DNA of 64,000 nucleotides. Source: a virus. The position numbers and the translations under genes were made by a program. A model generated the notes under the pieces. The model ran no database searches and was not told the origin of the DNA. It saw nothing but the letters and a program-made list of their open reading frames with translations. The stretch lies in the IMG/VR virus record IMGVR_UViG_3300020160_001966, positions 1-64,000 of that record. One strand, given 5' to 3'. Shown in pieces: positions 1 through 10,700 of this stretch; position 1 is the first letter of the stretch; each line of letters starts with the position of its first letter.

Positions 1-460
1 CATTTTCTGGAGATTCTATGCCATTTAGAAATTCGTTAACTTCCTGCGTGGATTCAGTACCTTGCAATTCTCCACTGATACTATCTGTAGACTCTGAACC
101 ATTTAAAAATTGATTAACACTCTCTGAAGATTCAACACCTTGCAATTCTCCACTAACACCCTCATTAGATTCAGTACCTTGCAATTTGCTATTAACATTT
201 TCTGGAGATTTGGTATCTTGTAATTCTCCACTAACAGTTTTTGGAGATTCAGCACCTTGCAATTCTCCACTAATATTATCTGAAGACTCCACACCATTTA
301 AAAATTCATTAACTTCCTGCGTAGATCCAACACCTTGTAATTTGCTATTAGCATTTTCTGGAGATTTGGTATCTTGTAATTCTCCACTAACACTTTCATT
401 AGATTCAGCACCTCGTAATTCTTCATTAGTACTATCTGTAGATTCGACACCATTTAAAAA
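1..460 (-). repeat. Coding tandem repeat, 39-bp/13-aa unit, about 11-12 degenerate copies
   Basis: Units GELQDTKSPENAN / SKLQGVGSTQEVN / EFLNGVESSDNIS; tgcaattctc recurs at 63 and 141 (2 x 39 bp). Confidence 0.85.
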
Positions 461-1108
461 CTGATCAACTTCTTGTTCTTGCTTAGACTCCGCATTTTTT
501 ACATTTTCAACTTGATCTTCTCTAACTGATAAGTTGTTATTATTTACAGTATCCAATAAAGTATTTTTAACATTTTGATATTTGTTTTCAAAATTAATCA
601 ACTCTTCTTTATTTAAATTTTCTATATTAACATCTGTTTCAGAATTGCTAACAAAATTGTTTACTATACCTTTTATACCGTCTTCTTTTTCTCTTTTTAA
701 AGAATTTAACTCTGCTAATTGTTCCTCTACTTTAGATAACTGTTTTTTAATGGAATCTATATTTCCTTCATTTTTTATTTCTTTATTTTCAACTTTAGAA
801 TAAAAGGTTTCTTTTAATTTTTCAACTTCTTCTATGGATTTATCGATTTCTTTAATATAATTTTTATATTCTACTAATTGAGTGTAATTTTTTTCTATAG
901 TTTCTTTATCAGTCTTATTATTAAAACCATTTTTTTTCAAAAAATCCATTATATCCTGTAATGTAACGTCTTTTTTTACAATACTTTCTAACTCTTGTTC
1001 AGATTCATTAGAATTAGAAGATTCACTTTGATCAACAACATTTTGTAAATTTTGTTGATTTTCACTATCTTCAATTTTAAATGTTTTTTCTGGAGATTCA
1101 GGAGGCAT
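1..1108 (-). CDS. Partial acidic/coiled-coil protein with degenerate 13-aa repeats (runs off the left edge)
   Basis: Hand-translated from ATG at 1108 (MPPESPEKTFKIEDS...) with no stop to position 1; absent from the ORF track because it is truncated. Confidence 0.8.
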   Translation of the reverse strand, partial: MPPESPEKTFKIEDSENQQNLQNVVDQSESSNSNESEQELESIVKKDVTLQDIMDFLKKNGFNNKTDKETIEKNYTQLVEYKNYIKEIDKSIEEVEKLKETFYSKVENKEIKNEGNIDSIKKQLSKVEEQLAELNSLKREKEDGIKGIVNNFVSNSETDVNIENLNKEELINFENKYQNVKNTLLDTVNNNNLSVREDQVENVKNAESKQEQEVDQFLNGVESTDSTNEELRGAESNESVSGELQDTKSPENANSKLQGVGSTQEVNEFLNGVESSDNISGELQGAESPKTVSGELQDTKSPENVNSKLQGTESNEGVSGELQGVESSESVNQFLNGSESTDSISGELQGTESTQEVNEFLNGIESPEN

Positions 1109-1113
1109 AATTT

Positions 1114-3198
1114 TTAAGCATTGGGAAATAATTTTATATTAGATGAAGCCGAATAATAACCGTCTAATTGTAAAAGAAGATTCCATGACGTAGTATTCAA
1201 CGGGCTAGTTCCCCACCGCATTGTTTGTGTATCAGAATATCTGAAGCTTTCGTTCTCTCCAGTTTTTCCACCAGCATACATGTATGCGACAGCAGTCCAA
1301 GTATTATTGGAATTATCTCTTCTCATAATCCAATCTTGATTTAAATAACTATAACCAAATGTATAAGATTTTCCAGTATTAGTGGTAATATTCACAAATC
1401 TATAAGAGGAACTTTGATTCCAGAAATAACTACTATCAGCATAAGAATTTATAGTATTATTTCTTCCACTATCTATTAAATTAGTTGTTAAATAATTATT
1501 AACAATTTGTGAAGTTGAATAATTTGCTATAGTGTTGCTAAAAGATATGGTATTTACTAATATGTTTTGTGTGTTTCCAGTTGGTGTTGGTGTGGGAGTT
1601 GGAGTTTTTGTGGGAGTTTGAGTTTGGGTTATTGTAGGTGTTGGTGTTGGTGTTGGTTGAGCTATTGTAGTGTGGATAAAAATATTAGAAGATGGACTGA
1701 ATATCACACCATCAGTAGCCCTTATTCTTATATTGTAAGTTGTATTATAATTTAAATTCAATATAGAAGCTGGTGATGTAATATCAGATGGCGTGAAAGC
1801 AATCCAATTAATACCATCCATGCTATATTGGTAATTTATAACATTAGGTGTTGGAGTTGAAGCTAAGAAAAACACATTAGCTTTAACATTACTGCTAGAT
1901 TGGTATTCACTCGTAACATTTATAATACTCGGAGCCGTTAATGGTGCTCTTGTTTGCGTGGGTGTGGGAGTTTGAGTTGGAGTTTTGGTCGGAGTTGGTG
2001 TTTGGGTTTTTGTTGGAGTTTGAGTCGGTGTTTGAGTTGGTGTAGGTGTTGGGGTGACAAAAGAAGTTTTTGTGGGTGTGGGGGTTTGTGTGGAAGTTTT
2101 TGTGGGTGTGCATGTTTGTGTAGGTGTTTGTGTTGAAGTTTTTGTGGGGGTTGGAGTTTGTGTTTGTGTTGGAGTTTGCGTAGGTGTAGATGTTTGTGTT
2201 GGAGTTTTCGTGGGCGTGGGAGTTGTTGTAGGTGTGGGGGTTGTCGTGGGGGCTAAACTTAGAGTTGGGGTCGGTGTTGGTGTTTTAGTTTGTGTAGGTG
2301 TTAAAGTGGGTGTTGGGGTTGGGGTTGGGCATATGTCTAAATTTAAAAATATAGCTGGTGAATAATTGAATCCTTGCACACTTACCCAATTATTTGTTGG
2401 AACTTCGGTTGTTGTTGCTGAATTAGTGTAATAATATATAAAATTATTACTATTTATATCGTAATAAAAAGCAACCCAATTACCCCCTTGTGAAGTTGGC
2501 AATTTTCTTATATAGAAATCTTTATCAACTGAATTATTATACGCAAACACATATCCCAAATACCCTAAATTATACAAACCATATACATATGAACCTTTAA
2601 ATCCAGTTATTTGAGGCTCATTATACACGCAAAAATTTTGAGGGACGCTAACAAAGTTTATAGAAATATTGTAATCGTTTATATTGTTATTATTATTTAA
2701 AATTGAATATTGAAATCTGGCTTGATAAGAATCTGCTTGGACATTCCAACCCTCTTCTGGTATAAAAACTGGATTTATAGAGGGAACTTGCCATTTATCC
2801 ACGAATAAATCAACTCCAGCATATTGACTACCCAATAAAGGGATATCTACAGTTTCCATACCAGAATTTCTATTACCCCAAAGTGCTGGAGTTTGAATAT
2901 GAGTGTAGGGATCTTCCCATATAGATCCAGCGTTCATGTCAACCGAAAACTCACAATCTTGATCACTTCTAAATGTGCTTATTCTAGGTAAATCATTTTT
3001 ATTATAAAAAGGATTATATGTGCTGATTGGAACTGTGAGATTATTCCAATTTATCACCAAACGCTTACCCCTTAAAACTGGAGTTATTGTGGGTGTAGGT
3101 GTTGGAGTGGGAGTATTCGGAGTAGCAGGAATGGGAGTTTGCGTAACAATTGTAGATGCGGAGAAAATCCCACTCAATATTTTATTATCGAATAACAT
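1114..3198 (-). CDS. Pro/Thr-rich mucin-like putative virion protein with a fibronectin type III domain
   Basis: Three PT tracts; FN3-like segment (LTAPSI...YQYSMDG...LNYNTTYNIRIRA); downstream end of the tail operon. Confidence 0.7.
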   Translation of the reverse strand: MLFDNKILSGIFSASTIVTQTPIPATPNTPTPTPTPTITPVLRGKRLVINWNNLTVPISTYNPFYNKNDLPRISTFRSDQDCEFSVDMNAGSIWEDPYTHIQTPALWGNRNSGMETVDIPLLGSQYAGVDLFVDKWQVPSINPVFIPEEGWNVQADSYQARFQYSILNNNNNINDYNISINFVSVPQNFCVYNEPQITGFKGSYVYGLYNLGYLGYVFAYNNSVDKDFYIRKLPTSQGGNWVAFYYDINSNNFIYYYTNSATTTEVPTNNWVSVQGFNYSPAIFLNLDICPTPTPTPTLTPTQTKTPTPTPTLSLAPTTTPTPTTTPTPTKTPTQTSTPTQTPTQTQTPTPTKTSTQTPTQTCTPTKTSTQTPTPTKTSFVTPTPTPTQTPTQTPTKTQTPTPTKTPTQTPTPTQTRAPLTAPSIINVTSEYQSSSNVKANVFFLASTPTPNVINYQYSMDGINWIAFTPSDITSPASILNLNYNTTYNIRIRATDGVIFSPSSNIFIHTTIAQPTPTPTPTITQTQTPTKTPTPTPTPTGNTQNILVNTISFSNTIANYSTSQIVNNYLTTNLIDSGRNNTINSYADSSYFWNQSSSYRFVNITTNTGKSYTFGYSYLNQDWIMRRDNSNNTWTAVAYMYAGGKTGENESFRYSDTQTMRWGTSPLNTTSWNLLLQLDGYYSASSNIKLFPNA
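1945..2330 (-). repeat. Coding (PT-x-T)n low-complexity tract
   Basis: [16 protein letters not shown]...; G/T-rich on the + strand. Confidence 0.95.
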
Positions 3199-3207
3199 AT
3201 TATATCA

Positions 3208-5580
3208 TTAACCCCCCAATTTTCCAATAGCATATATATTATTATTATTAACAAAAATATAAGCTGAATCATAAATCTCATAAAGAGTTTTTCCAGAAGA
3301 TTTATAATTGAAAGATGGTGCGGATAGATATAGATAATTAGTACCAACATTCATAATAGCTACATTAAAACCTTGTTTTAAATTAGCTGGAAATATTGCA
3401 GACAAAACACCCAAAGATGTATTAAAATTGAATATTTTAGAATTATCATTGTCAGAAAATATAAAATTATTCGAAAGATCTATAACGCTTACTGGAGTAA
3501 CCGAAGATTCTTGAATTGATATATTTTTGACAATTATTTGATTACCACTTAACGTATTATTTACTTGTGAATTATTAGAAATTATATTTTTTGAGGATAA
3601 TGATTCTGAAAGTATTTGTGGAGAATATAATACATTTGAAACATTTATGTTTGTAATTTTTAAGTCATAACCACTCAATTTTTCAACTATTATATTTTTT
3701 GAACTTAAACTATCAATATTGGAATTTCCAAAAATTCTTACAGAATTTTGATTATCAGAACTTCCCAAATATAAAGTTGAATTTAATTGATCATAATTAA
3801 AATATTTTCCTATTTTAAAATTACCATTTTCATCTGTAGAATTATAAAAAACTTTACCAACTTTATCAACAGCCACTTCGTTATTTTTATTTCCTCTTCC
3901 ACCATCTTCTAGTCTAGAGTTAGAGTAGTTTACACCAGATCCTATCGTATCGAAAGATTGTGAAGATGCCACTATATTGCTTCTTATAAAAAATTTAACT
4001 TTACTACCAGCTTCTAATTCCAGAGGCATTGGATCAACATATGGATTCCCCGCTATGCTTTGATCAGCGTTGCCTAGATAATAATCTTTTAAAATTATAT
4101 CACACGCATAGCCTTCATTTGGTGGCGTTGCTGCTCTAACCTTGGAAGCACTTAAAACTTCAAAATACATTCCAGAATTTGTTGCAGATAGATAATTTAT
4201 TCCAATGTTCGAAAGCACATAACTTTCATCTACAATAGAGAATACTTGACCAATATATGGTTGTATATCGTTTAAAAATACTTGTTCTCCCGATATTGTT
4301 GGAGATCCTAAATTAGTAACTGTTATCTGTTTAATCGGTACTGATAGATCTAAAGGAAATGGTAATTGACCTATTAATGTAGTTTTTGGAGATTTTCCAA
4401 TTGCAACAAGACCGCTTAAACCGTATGAGGAATTGCATCCATTAACAAAGCAAGTTCCTCCAAAATCACTTTTAACACTTTCATTACATAGTAAGAAAAC
4501 ATTGTTTTTGATATTAGCTGAACCATTATTGGTCACATTGACACCAGTACCACCTTGATTAAAATGATTGAATGAGTTTATCGTCATAGACCTAAACGGT
4601 CCATCCACATTATTCCCATCAATTACAACACCACCACCAGCATCCAATGTATCGGCTGAAGTTCCCTTTGTTTTTGAAGAACAAAAAATTATATATGGTG
4701 AATGTAAAACATATGGTTTTTGTATAGAAGATGATAAATTGAAATATTCAGTTTGCCAAAATTCTAATTGTTCAAACTTTTCATCATTTTTATAAAAATA
4801 ATTTTCACTTAAATCTCTATAATATCTTCCCAAAAATGCTATTTCAAATGGATCGAATATTGGATTTCCAGAATCTTTGGAAAAATTCAAAAAACTAGCT
4901 TTAAATTTTTTAGATACTTCATACACAAAAGGTCTAGGATTGTTTACAAATTCGTAGTAATACTTAACGGCTTTAGCACTGGCTTCTAGCAATCTACTAG
5001 AAGGATATGTTGTTTGTTTTTGATTGGTTAGATATCCAAATTCTGGATAAGCTATTCCATACGCTGGACTAAAATAATCTTTGAATTCTATATTTTGTAT
5101 AGAAGTTTGATTGTTAACCCAAAATATATCATAGAACTTATTTTTAGGTACAACAGTTACTGATTTTACGTTGTCTCCAACAACAGTAACACCTGGCGGT
5201 ACATATATCGGATTATCTTCATAATATTCTCCAGCCTTTACATAAACTGTTACTGGATTTGAAGATGTACCCCATCCATATTCATTTTCCAATTCTATTT
5301 GAATTGGATTTAAATTTCTAGATATTTCAAACGCTTTAGCTAACCCTCTTTTAATAGTTCTAAAAGAAAAAGCTTCCGATGTTCCGCTCTCAGAGTCATT
5401 TCCAGATAAAGAAATATATACGTTATTTGGTTCTAAAGGAACTGCCAATTTTTTAAAAATTAAAGTTAAATCTTGAATAGTTGATCTAAATTCACCACCA
5501 AGTTCTCTATAACCCACAAGATAATCACTAACATCTGGTGGATCAAATACTACGAAATCACTGAATTTTTTATAAGCCAT
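3208..5580 (-). CDS. Putative virion structural protein with a pectin-lyase-like beta-helix
   Basis: VYVKAGEYYEDNPIYVPPGVTVVGD motif typical of beta-helix N-termini; tail-module context. Confidence 0.55.
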   Translation of the reverse strand: MAYKKFSDFVVFDPPDVSDYLVGYRELGGEFRSTIQDLTLIFKKLAVPLEPNNVYISLSGNDSESGTSEAFSFRTIKRGLAKAFEISRNLNPIQIELENEYGWGTSSNPVTVYVKAGEYYEDNPIYVPPGVTVVGDNVKSVTVVPKNKFYDIFWVNNQTSIQNIEFKDYFSPAYGIAYPEFGYLTNQKQTTYPSSRLLEASAKAVKYYYEFVNNPRPFVYEVSKKFKASFLNFSKDSGNPIFDPFEIAFLGRYYRDLSENYFYKNDEKFEQLEFWQTEYFNLSSSIQKPYVLHSPYIIFCSSKTKGTSADTLDAGGGVVIDGNNVDGPFRSMTINSFNHFNQGGTGVNVTNNGSANIKNNVFLLCNESVKSDFGGTCFVNGCNSSYGLSGLVAIGKSPKTTLIGQLPFPLDLSVPIKQITVTNLGSPTISGEQVFLNDIQPYIGQVFSIVDESYVLSNIGINYLSATNSGMYFEVLSASKVRAATPPNEGYACDIILKDYYLGNADQSIAGNPYVDPMPLELEAGSKVKFFIRSNIVASSQSFDTIGSGVNYSNSRLEDGGRGNKNNEVAVDKVGKVFYNSTDENGNFKIGKYFNYDQLNSTLYLGSSDNQNSVRIFGNSNIDSLSSKNIIVEKLSGYDLKITNINVSNVLYSPQILSESLSSKNIISNNSQVNNTLSGNQIIVKNISIQESSVTPVSVIDLSNNFIFSDNDNSKIFNFNTSLGVLSAIFPANLKQGFNVAIMNVGTNYLYLSAPSFNYKSSGKTLYEIYDSAYIFVNNNNIYAIGKLGG

Positions 5581-5585
5581 TTCAA

Positions 5586-6242
5586 TTATTTAGCTTTGAG
5601 AAATAGATCTAATTCCTTCGGATTCATATTATAAATTTCATCCAATGAAAAATTAAACTTTTTTTTCAATGCAATTATTTTATTGTATATATTACTTAAA
5701 TTGGAGGAATATAAAGTTTTACAAAAATAAAAAAGAGTGTTATCGAAACAATTTATATAAACTTTAGGTATTCCTTTTATAAAATCAGGCATATCAAACA
5801 TTAATATTTTATTATCGTTTATATGTTTTTTTATTTGTTGAATATTTTGATTATTTTCTTTTAAAATATCTTCAACGTTTTCGTAGTATAAATTTTCTGG
5901 TAATTCAAAATTTTCAAAATTGTAATTTAAACATCTTTTCATTACGTCTTTCAAAAGTACGTCGAATATTACACTCTCTTCTTCATTTTTACCAGAAAGT
6001 CTCAACGAAGGATCGAAGAAAAAATCTTTTAAATGTAGTAAAATATAAAATTTATCTAAATTTTTAATTTTTTTAGGAAATTTTGTAAAATTTTCACATA
6101 TTTCATTAAAAATTTTATTTACAGATTCATAATCAGAATTTTGAATATAGTTGTTAATTTTTACAAAATCTCCAAATTTTATCGAATTGATTCTAATTTC
6201 TTTTTTTAAAGTTGGTATATAGCATTTTGTGTAAAAATCCAT
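5586..6242 (-). CDS. Baseplate hub/assembly chaperone, gp26-like N-terminus plus gp51-like C-terminus
   Basis: N-term YIPTLKKEIRI resembles gp26; C-term FSLDEIYNMNPKELDLFL resembles gp51 YSLTEIENMIPWERDIY. Confidence 0.6.
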   Translation of the reverse strand: MDFYTKCYIPTLKKEIRINSIKFGDFVKINNYIQNSDYESVNKIFNEICENFTKFPKKIKNLDKFYILLHLKDFFFDPSLRLSGKNEEESVIFDVLLKDVMKRCLNYNFENFELPENLYYENVEDILKENNQNIQQIKKHINDNKILMFDMPDFIKGIPKVYINCFDNTLFYFCKTLYSSNLSNIYNKIIALKKKFNFSLDEIYNMNPKELDLFLKAK

Positions 6243-6247
6243 ATAAT

Positions 6248-7183
6248 TTAAAATATTTCTCTAAAATTAGGTGGATTATTTTGTTTACCGCCTTGAAATG
6301 GGCTTACTTTTGGTAAATTTCCTCTAAAAATTCCAGAAACTCTATCAATTATTTCTGGTAATGGAATATATAAAGAATTTGATACCGCATAATTAGTATA
6401 TGTCCATTGTGTTCCTATACTTTGAGTGGAGGTTGGTTCATCATACCCTAAAGTTTGCGCATTTACACTTATAGGAGCGCAATTAAAAAATGTCCAAACT
6501 TTTCTAGGTATCATGGAGACGTTTTGATAAGTTCTAGTATATTGCATTATATAAATTGTGGATTTAACGTTTCTAATATCTCTTCTAATATATGTGTCGT
6601 TATCTCTAGCAACAAAACCAAAATGTTCTCCAGCTATAACCCAAGGTCTAATTACAAAATCGGAAAAGGATGTATTAGTTTCTAAGAAATCTATTGAAAG
6701 ACTGTTTCCGTAGACTTGTCTACCATCACTTAAAACACCTGGCAAAAAACCTCTATTGTTATTAACAGTAGCAACTTTTGTTTTTAAAGTTTCGCTAGGT
6801 ATGGTAACTTTTTGAGCAAAAATACATCCGTTTACTTTCTGAAAAGGATATGATGCTAAAAAACCTTTAGCTTTATCTATATCAAAATTTTTAGAATCTC
6901 CACCAGTTCTTTCCAATCCTTGCATTATATAAGTGTTTAAACATGCTGGAAAGGGGGATATTAATACAATCCATTGAGATTGTAATGGTATACTCGTTAA
7001 CCAAGATTCTAATTGTAATAGAAAATAATCTCTAGTGGATACTAATGGAGCGCCAGGTATATTAAACCCAAATAATTGACCTATTTGTGGTTGAGTTAAA
7101 GGATTTTGTCCATTTAAAACACCAGCTACATTGTTTTTTAAACTAGATATAGCATTGTTTACTGCATTATTTAAAGCACCCAT
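6248..7183 (-). CDS. Tail tube paralogue (gp54/gp48-like baseplate-tube initiator)
   Basis: Tube-fold motifs (LSIDFLET, PWV, WTFFNCAPISV, WTY); adjacent to gp19. Confidence 0.65.
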   Translation of the reverse strand: MGALNNAVNNAISSLKNNVAGVLNGQNPLTQPQIGQLFGFNIPGAPLVSTRDYFLLQLESWLTSIPLQSQWIVLISPFPACLNTYIMQGLERTGGDSKNFDIDKAKGFLASYPFQKVNGCIFAQKVTIPSETLKTKVATVNNNRGFLPGVLSDGRQVYGNSLSIDFLETNTSFSDFVIRPWVIAGEHFGFVARDNDTYIRRDIRNVKSTIYIMQYTRTYQNVSMIPRKVWTFFNCAPISVNAQTLGYDEPTSTQSIGTQWTYTNYAVSNSLYIPLPEIIDRVSGIFRGNLPKVSPFQGGKQNNPPNFREIF

Positions 7184-7212
7184 TTTAATTATTTATGGGT
7201 GAAAAACGATTA

Positions 7213-7761
7213 TTAGTCGTTTTTCTGAGTCCAATAATGATATGCTAATGTCACTGGAAAATTCAACACAGCACCACCCCCATCAGCCATAGCATACGAT
7301 AAAGCACCAACTTGTCTAATACTCACACCAACTAATTGATATTGATTAACCTTCTCAAAGTTATTATCCAATTGAATTAAATCAATTGTTGAATTTTGAT
7401 TAGGGACTAGATAGTTACCTGTGCTATTAGCATCATTAAAAGTATCTCTAGACCATTGTTCAAATTTTCTACGTAATGTTGAGTCTTGAGAACAATAAAA
7501 TTGGATTTCGTAATTTTCCGAATTTGGATATTGTGCCACGCCTGGCAAGTTGAACTGCAATCCCATATATTTAGCTTGAACTGGTGTTATAGCCCTAGCT
7601 GGTAAGGTTGCGCTTCTAGCATATACCAAATCGTCTTCATCGAATCTTATAGTTGTTCCTTGAGGACTGATGCTTAATATTCTAAATTGAACGTCTCTAG
7701 CAAAATCTCTCGCTTGAGCTACTCTGTAGAAGTCTTGTATTGTTTGTTTTGTTGCTGCCAT
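7213..7761 (-). CDS. gp19: Tail tube protein (T4 gp19-like)
   Basis: 182 aa; ATLPAR...YMG...PG, RRKFEQW, FPVTLAYHYW; directly after the sheath gene. Confidence 0.85.
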   Translation of the reverse strand: MAATKQTIQDFYRVAQARDFARDVQFRILSISPQGTTIRFDEDDLVYARSATLPARAITPVQAKYMGLQFNLPGVAQYPNSENYEIQFYCSQDSTLRRKFEQWSRDTFNDANSTGNYLVPNQNSTIDLIQLDNNFEKVNQYQLVGVSIRQVGALSYAMADGGGAVLNFPVTLAYHYWTQKND

Positions 7762-7778
7762 AATATTTTAATTATTTA

Positions 7779-10700
7779 TTAACCTCCTATTAATTCATCG
7801 AAGTTTGCTCCAGTTCTTGTAGCAATAAAGTTAACAAGAATGAATTCTGCTGTTCTTACAGGTTGTATATAAATATCAACTTTAAGTTCATTATTATCTA
7901 TAACATCAGGTGTATTATTAAGCTCAGAACAAACTATTCTGTAGTCATATAAACCTTCTGTGTTTTTAGCGTTTTCAAATATTGGAGTTAATACGTTAAC
8001 AACTTGTGTTCTTGTAAATAATGTATTTGGTTCAAATACGAAGAACTTAGCAGTATTCTTAGTAGCAGTTTCGAGATTTAAGAACAATCTGCGAACATTG
8101 ATACGATCAAATGCTGATGGTTTTTTCAATAATGTCTTTTGACCAAACACTACGAATCCTTCATTTGGGAAAAATGCTACAGGATTTATAGAAATCTTAT
8201 ACAATTGGTCACGTTGTTTTTGTTTCGGATATACACCCAAATCATTAACTCCAGTTACAACACCGCGAGTGAAACCAGCTGGTGCGTACCAAGGTTGGAA
8301 GTTAGAATCTGTGTTAGCCATTAAAGAAGCCGCAATGCCAGAGAATGGTATCCATATCTGTCTATTTGTAAACGGATCTACAACTTGCGCCCATGTGCTA
8401 TATGTTGTGGCATAAGAGCAATTAATTGTTCCGAATTGATGTCTCAATGGCCAATATATATGTTGTGAGAAATTAGTACTCACATAATTTGGAGCATTTA
8501 AGTTTGGTTCAATTCCAGCATTTGGCGACCATATCTTTTTCGTATTTATAACTTTATTATTATCACCTTGTACGAAAATATTTTTTATAGGATCTAAAAT
8601 TACTAAAAAGTCTTTACGTTGTTTCTCAGCTACATTTATGAAAATATTAGCTATGGATGAATAATTACTTCTAAGATCCAAACCTGCCCCATTCAAACCT
8701 TCAAAATTAGTTATGTAAAAAGAAGATATGCCTTTTAATGATGTGTTTGCGGAGTATTCACCAGCAGATAATCCATCTGTGTTGGATTGTTCTAAAGAAT
8801 TAACATATATAGTACCCAAACCTCCTTCTATAGCTATATCTATAGGATAGACATCTGAATTTTCAACCAATTCAAAGGCTCTGTCTAGTTTTTGAGGTAA
8901 AGAACCTATGTTTTTATTCATTACCAAACTATTAGAATAAATTCCAAGAGGAAATAATGCATCGGTTCTACCATATTCTCTACCCAAGGTTTCGGTAACG
9001 GTAGATACGGCTCCAGATCTTGTTGTATATGTATCTATAGTATCAACAAATCCTTTCTTAGAATAAGGAGTTTCTAATTGAGTACCCAAAATTCTAATTC
9101 TTTTAGAAAGTCTACTATTAGTCAATGGAGACACTTCATTGTATCTATCACTCAAATATGGATTCATTAACAATTTAAAACTATTTGAACCTTCAGTAAC
9201 TTTTTCCATGGAAAAAGGTATGGGCCTTCCACCATCCGAACTATTAACAGTCCTGTTATAGTTTATAGAACCAACATAAGATTCTACTAAATTATAAGCT
9301 AAAGAAGTACTGTCAGTATATAAATCTTGTCTCAATTTGAAAACACCTAATGCGAATGTATCATCGAACGATTTGTCTGCTAAATCATAATTTGAGAGGT
9401 TTTCCATCACTTCAGATATGGAATTTCCACTACCAAATTGATCAGCCGATAAAGTGAAAGATAATCTGCTATTCGGTACTATAGTGAAATCTTTACTACT
9501 TACTACTTCAGCTTCTTTTTGTAAGGATTCAACTCTTGTTATTCCATCAAAGTCTGTGGCTGGATTATAATTACTATTATCCAATAAACCTATATAATAT
9601 CCTTCGAATTTATTGTTTATAGTGCTTTGAGCTTTATTTAAAATGATAAAAGCACTCTCACCAATATTATCATAATTAAAAGCTTGGGAACTTACATTTG
9701 GGTAATTTGACCAATTAACATTTCCGTTTAAAACATCTTCATATTGTTCCAGAGTTAACTCAACGTGAGTAGGTTTACCTATAAAACATGTTTTACCATA
9801 ATATTGTGAATTATAACTATCTGGAATATCGAATGGGTCTTTGCCATCATCTGCCAAAGGAGTATTATATTCATTTGAATTTTCATCACCAACTACTATA
9901 TTATTAGTCCATAAATGATCTATTCTTTGAGATCCATCGACTAAACCAAGAGCATTGAAATATGTACCTTCAACTTCTATTTCTGCTGGATTAATTCCTA
10001 TTCTCGTTCCAACTATTTGGACATCTGGAGGATTATCATATCCTGAACCAATATTTGTTAAATTAACACCAGTTATTCCATAAGTTTTTGTAGTATTGCC
10101 ATATATTAAAAATGTTGGATTCGGTATAGTTGAGGATGCATTCTTACCACCACCAAGGAAACATAATGTTGGAGTTTGGGTATATCCAAAACCAGCATCT
10201 ACAATTCTAACAGATGTCACAGTTGAAGTGTTGGTTGTTGGATTATAATAACCCATTTGAGCTTCCAATGTGGCCATTGTGGTCGGATTACCATTTATGG
10301 TAATAACATCTGGTCTACTAGAATATCCACCATTTTGATTTAAAGTTTGAGCGGAATTTGTTATAACTATGTTGGTCAAATTGAATTGACCCACTTTATC
10401 ATCTGCTAATAAATCAGATACAGCTTGGGCCTGAATAACACGCGTTTCTCCAGATTTTGTTATTAAATTAATTACAGGAAGATTTGCAGGATTTCCGTCC
10501 CATATATATCCAGATCCACTATTTGAAACAAAAATACTTTCATTTACAAATGATGTGGTTATTGAAACAGTCGGTATTGTTTGAAAAGTTCCTTTATTTG
10601 TAATTGTAAAACCAGTTATACCACAAGTATTGGTACCTCTACCATCATTTGCTGTTAAGGCTGCTATAACAGTGAGGTTATCGCCTTCTCCACCTATAGC

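Noticed and set aside
1-460. Possible CRISPR array
   Set aside because: Contiguous degenerate 39-bp units inside an open reading frame, with no unique spacers and no cas genes
2054-2365. Val/Gly-rich ORFs (also 26960..27220, 34223..34483, 34499..34687, 3020..3211)
   Set aside because: Antisense shadows of the PT-repeat genes
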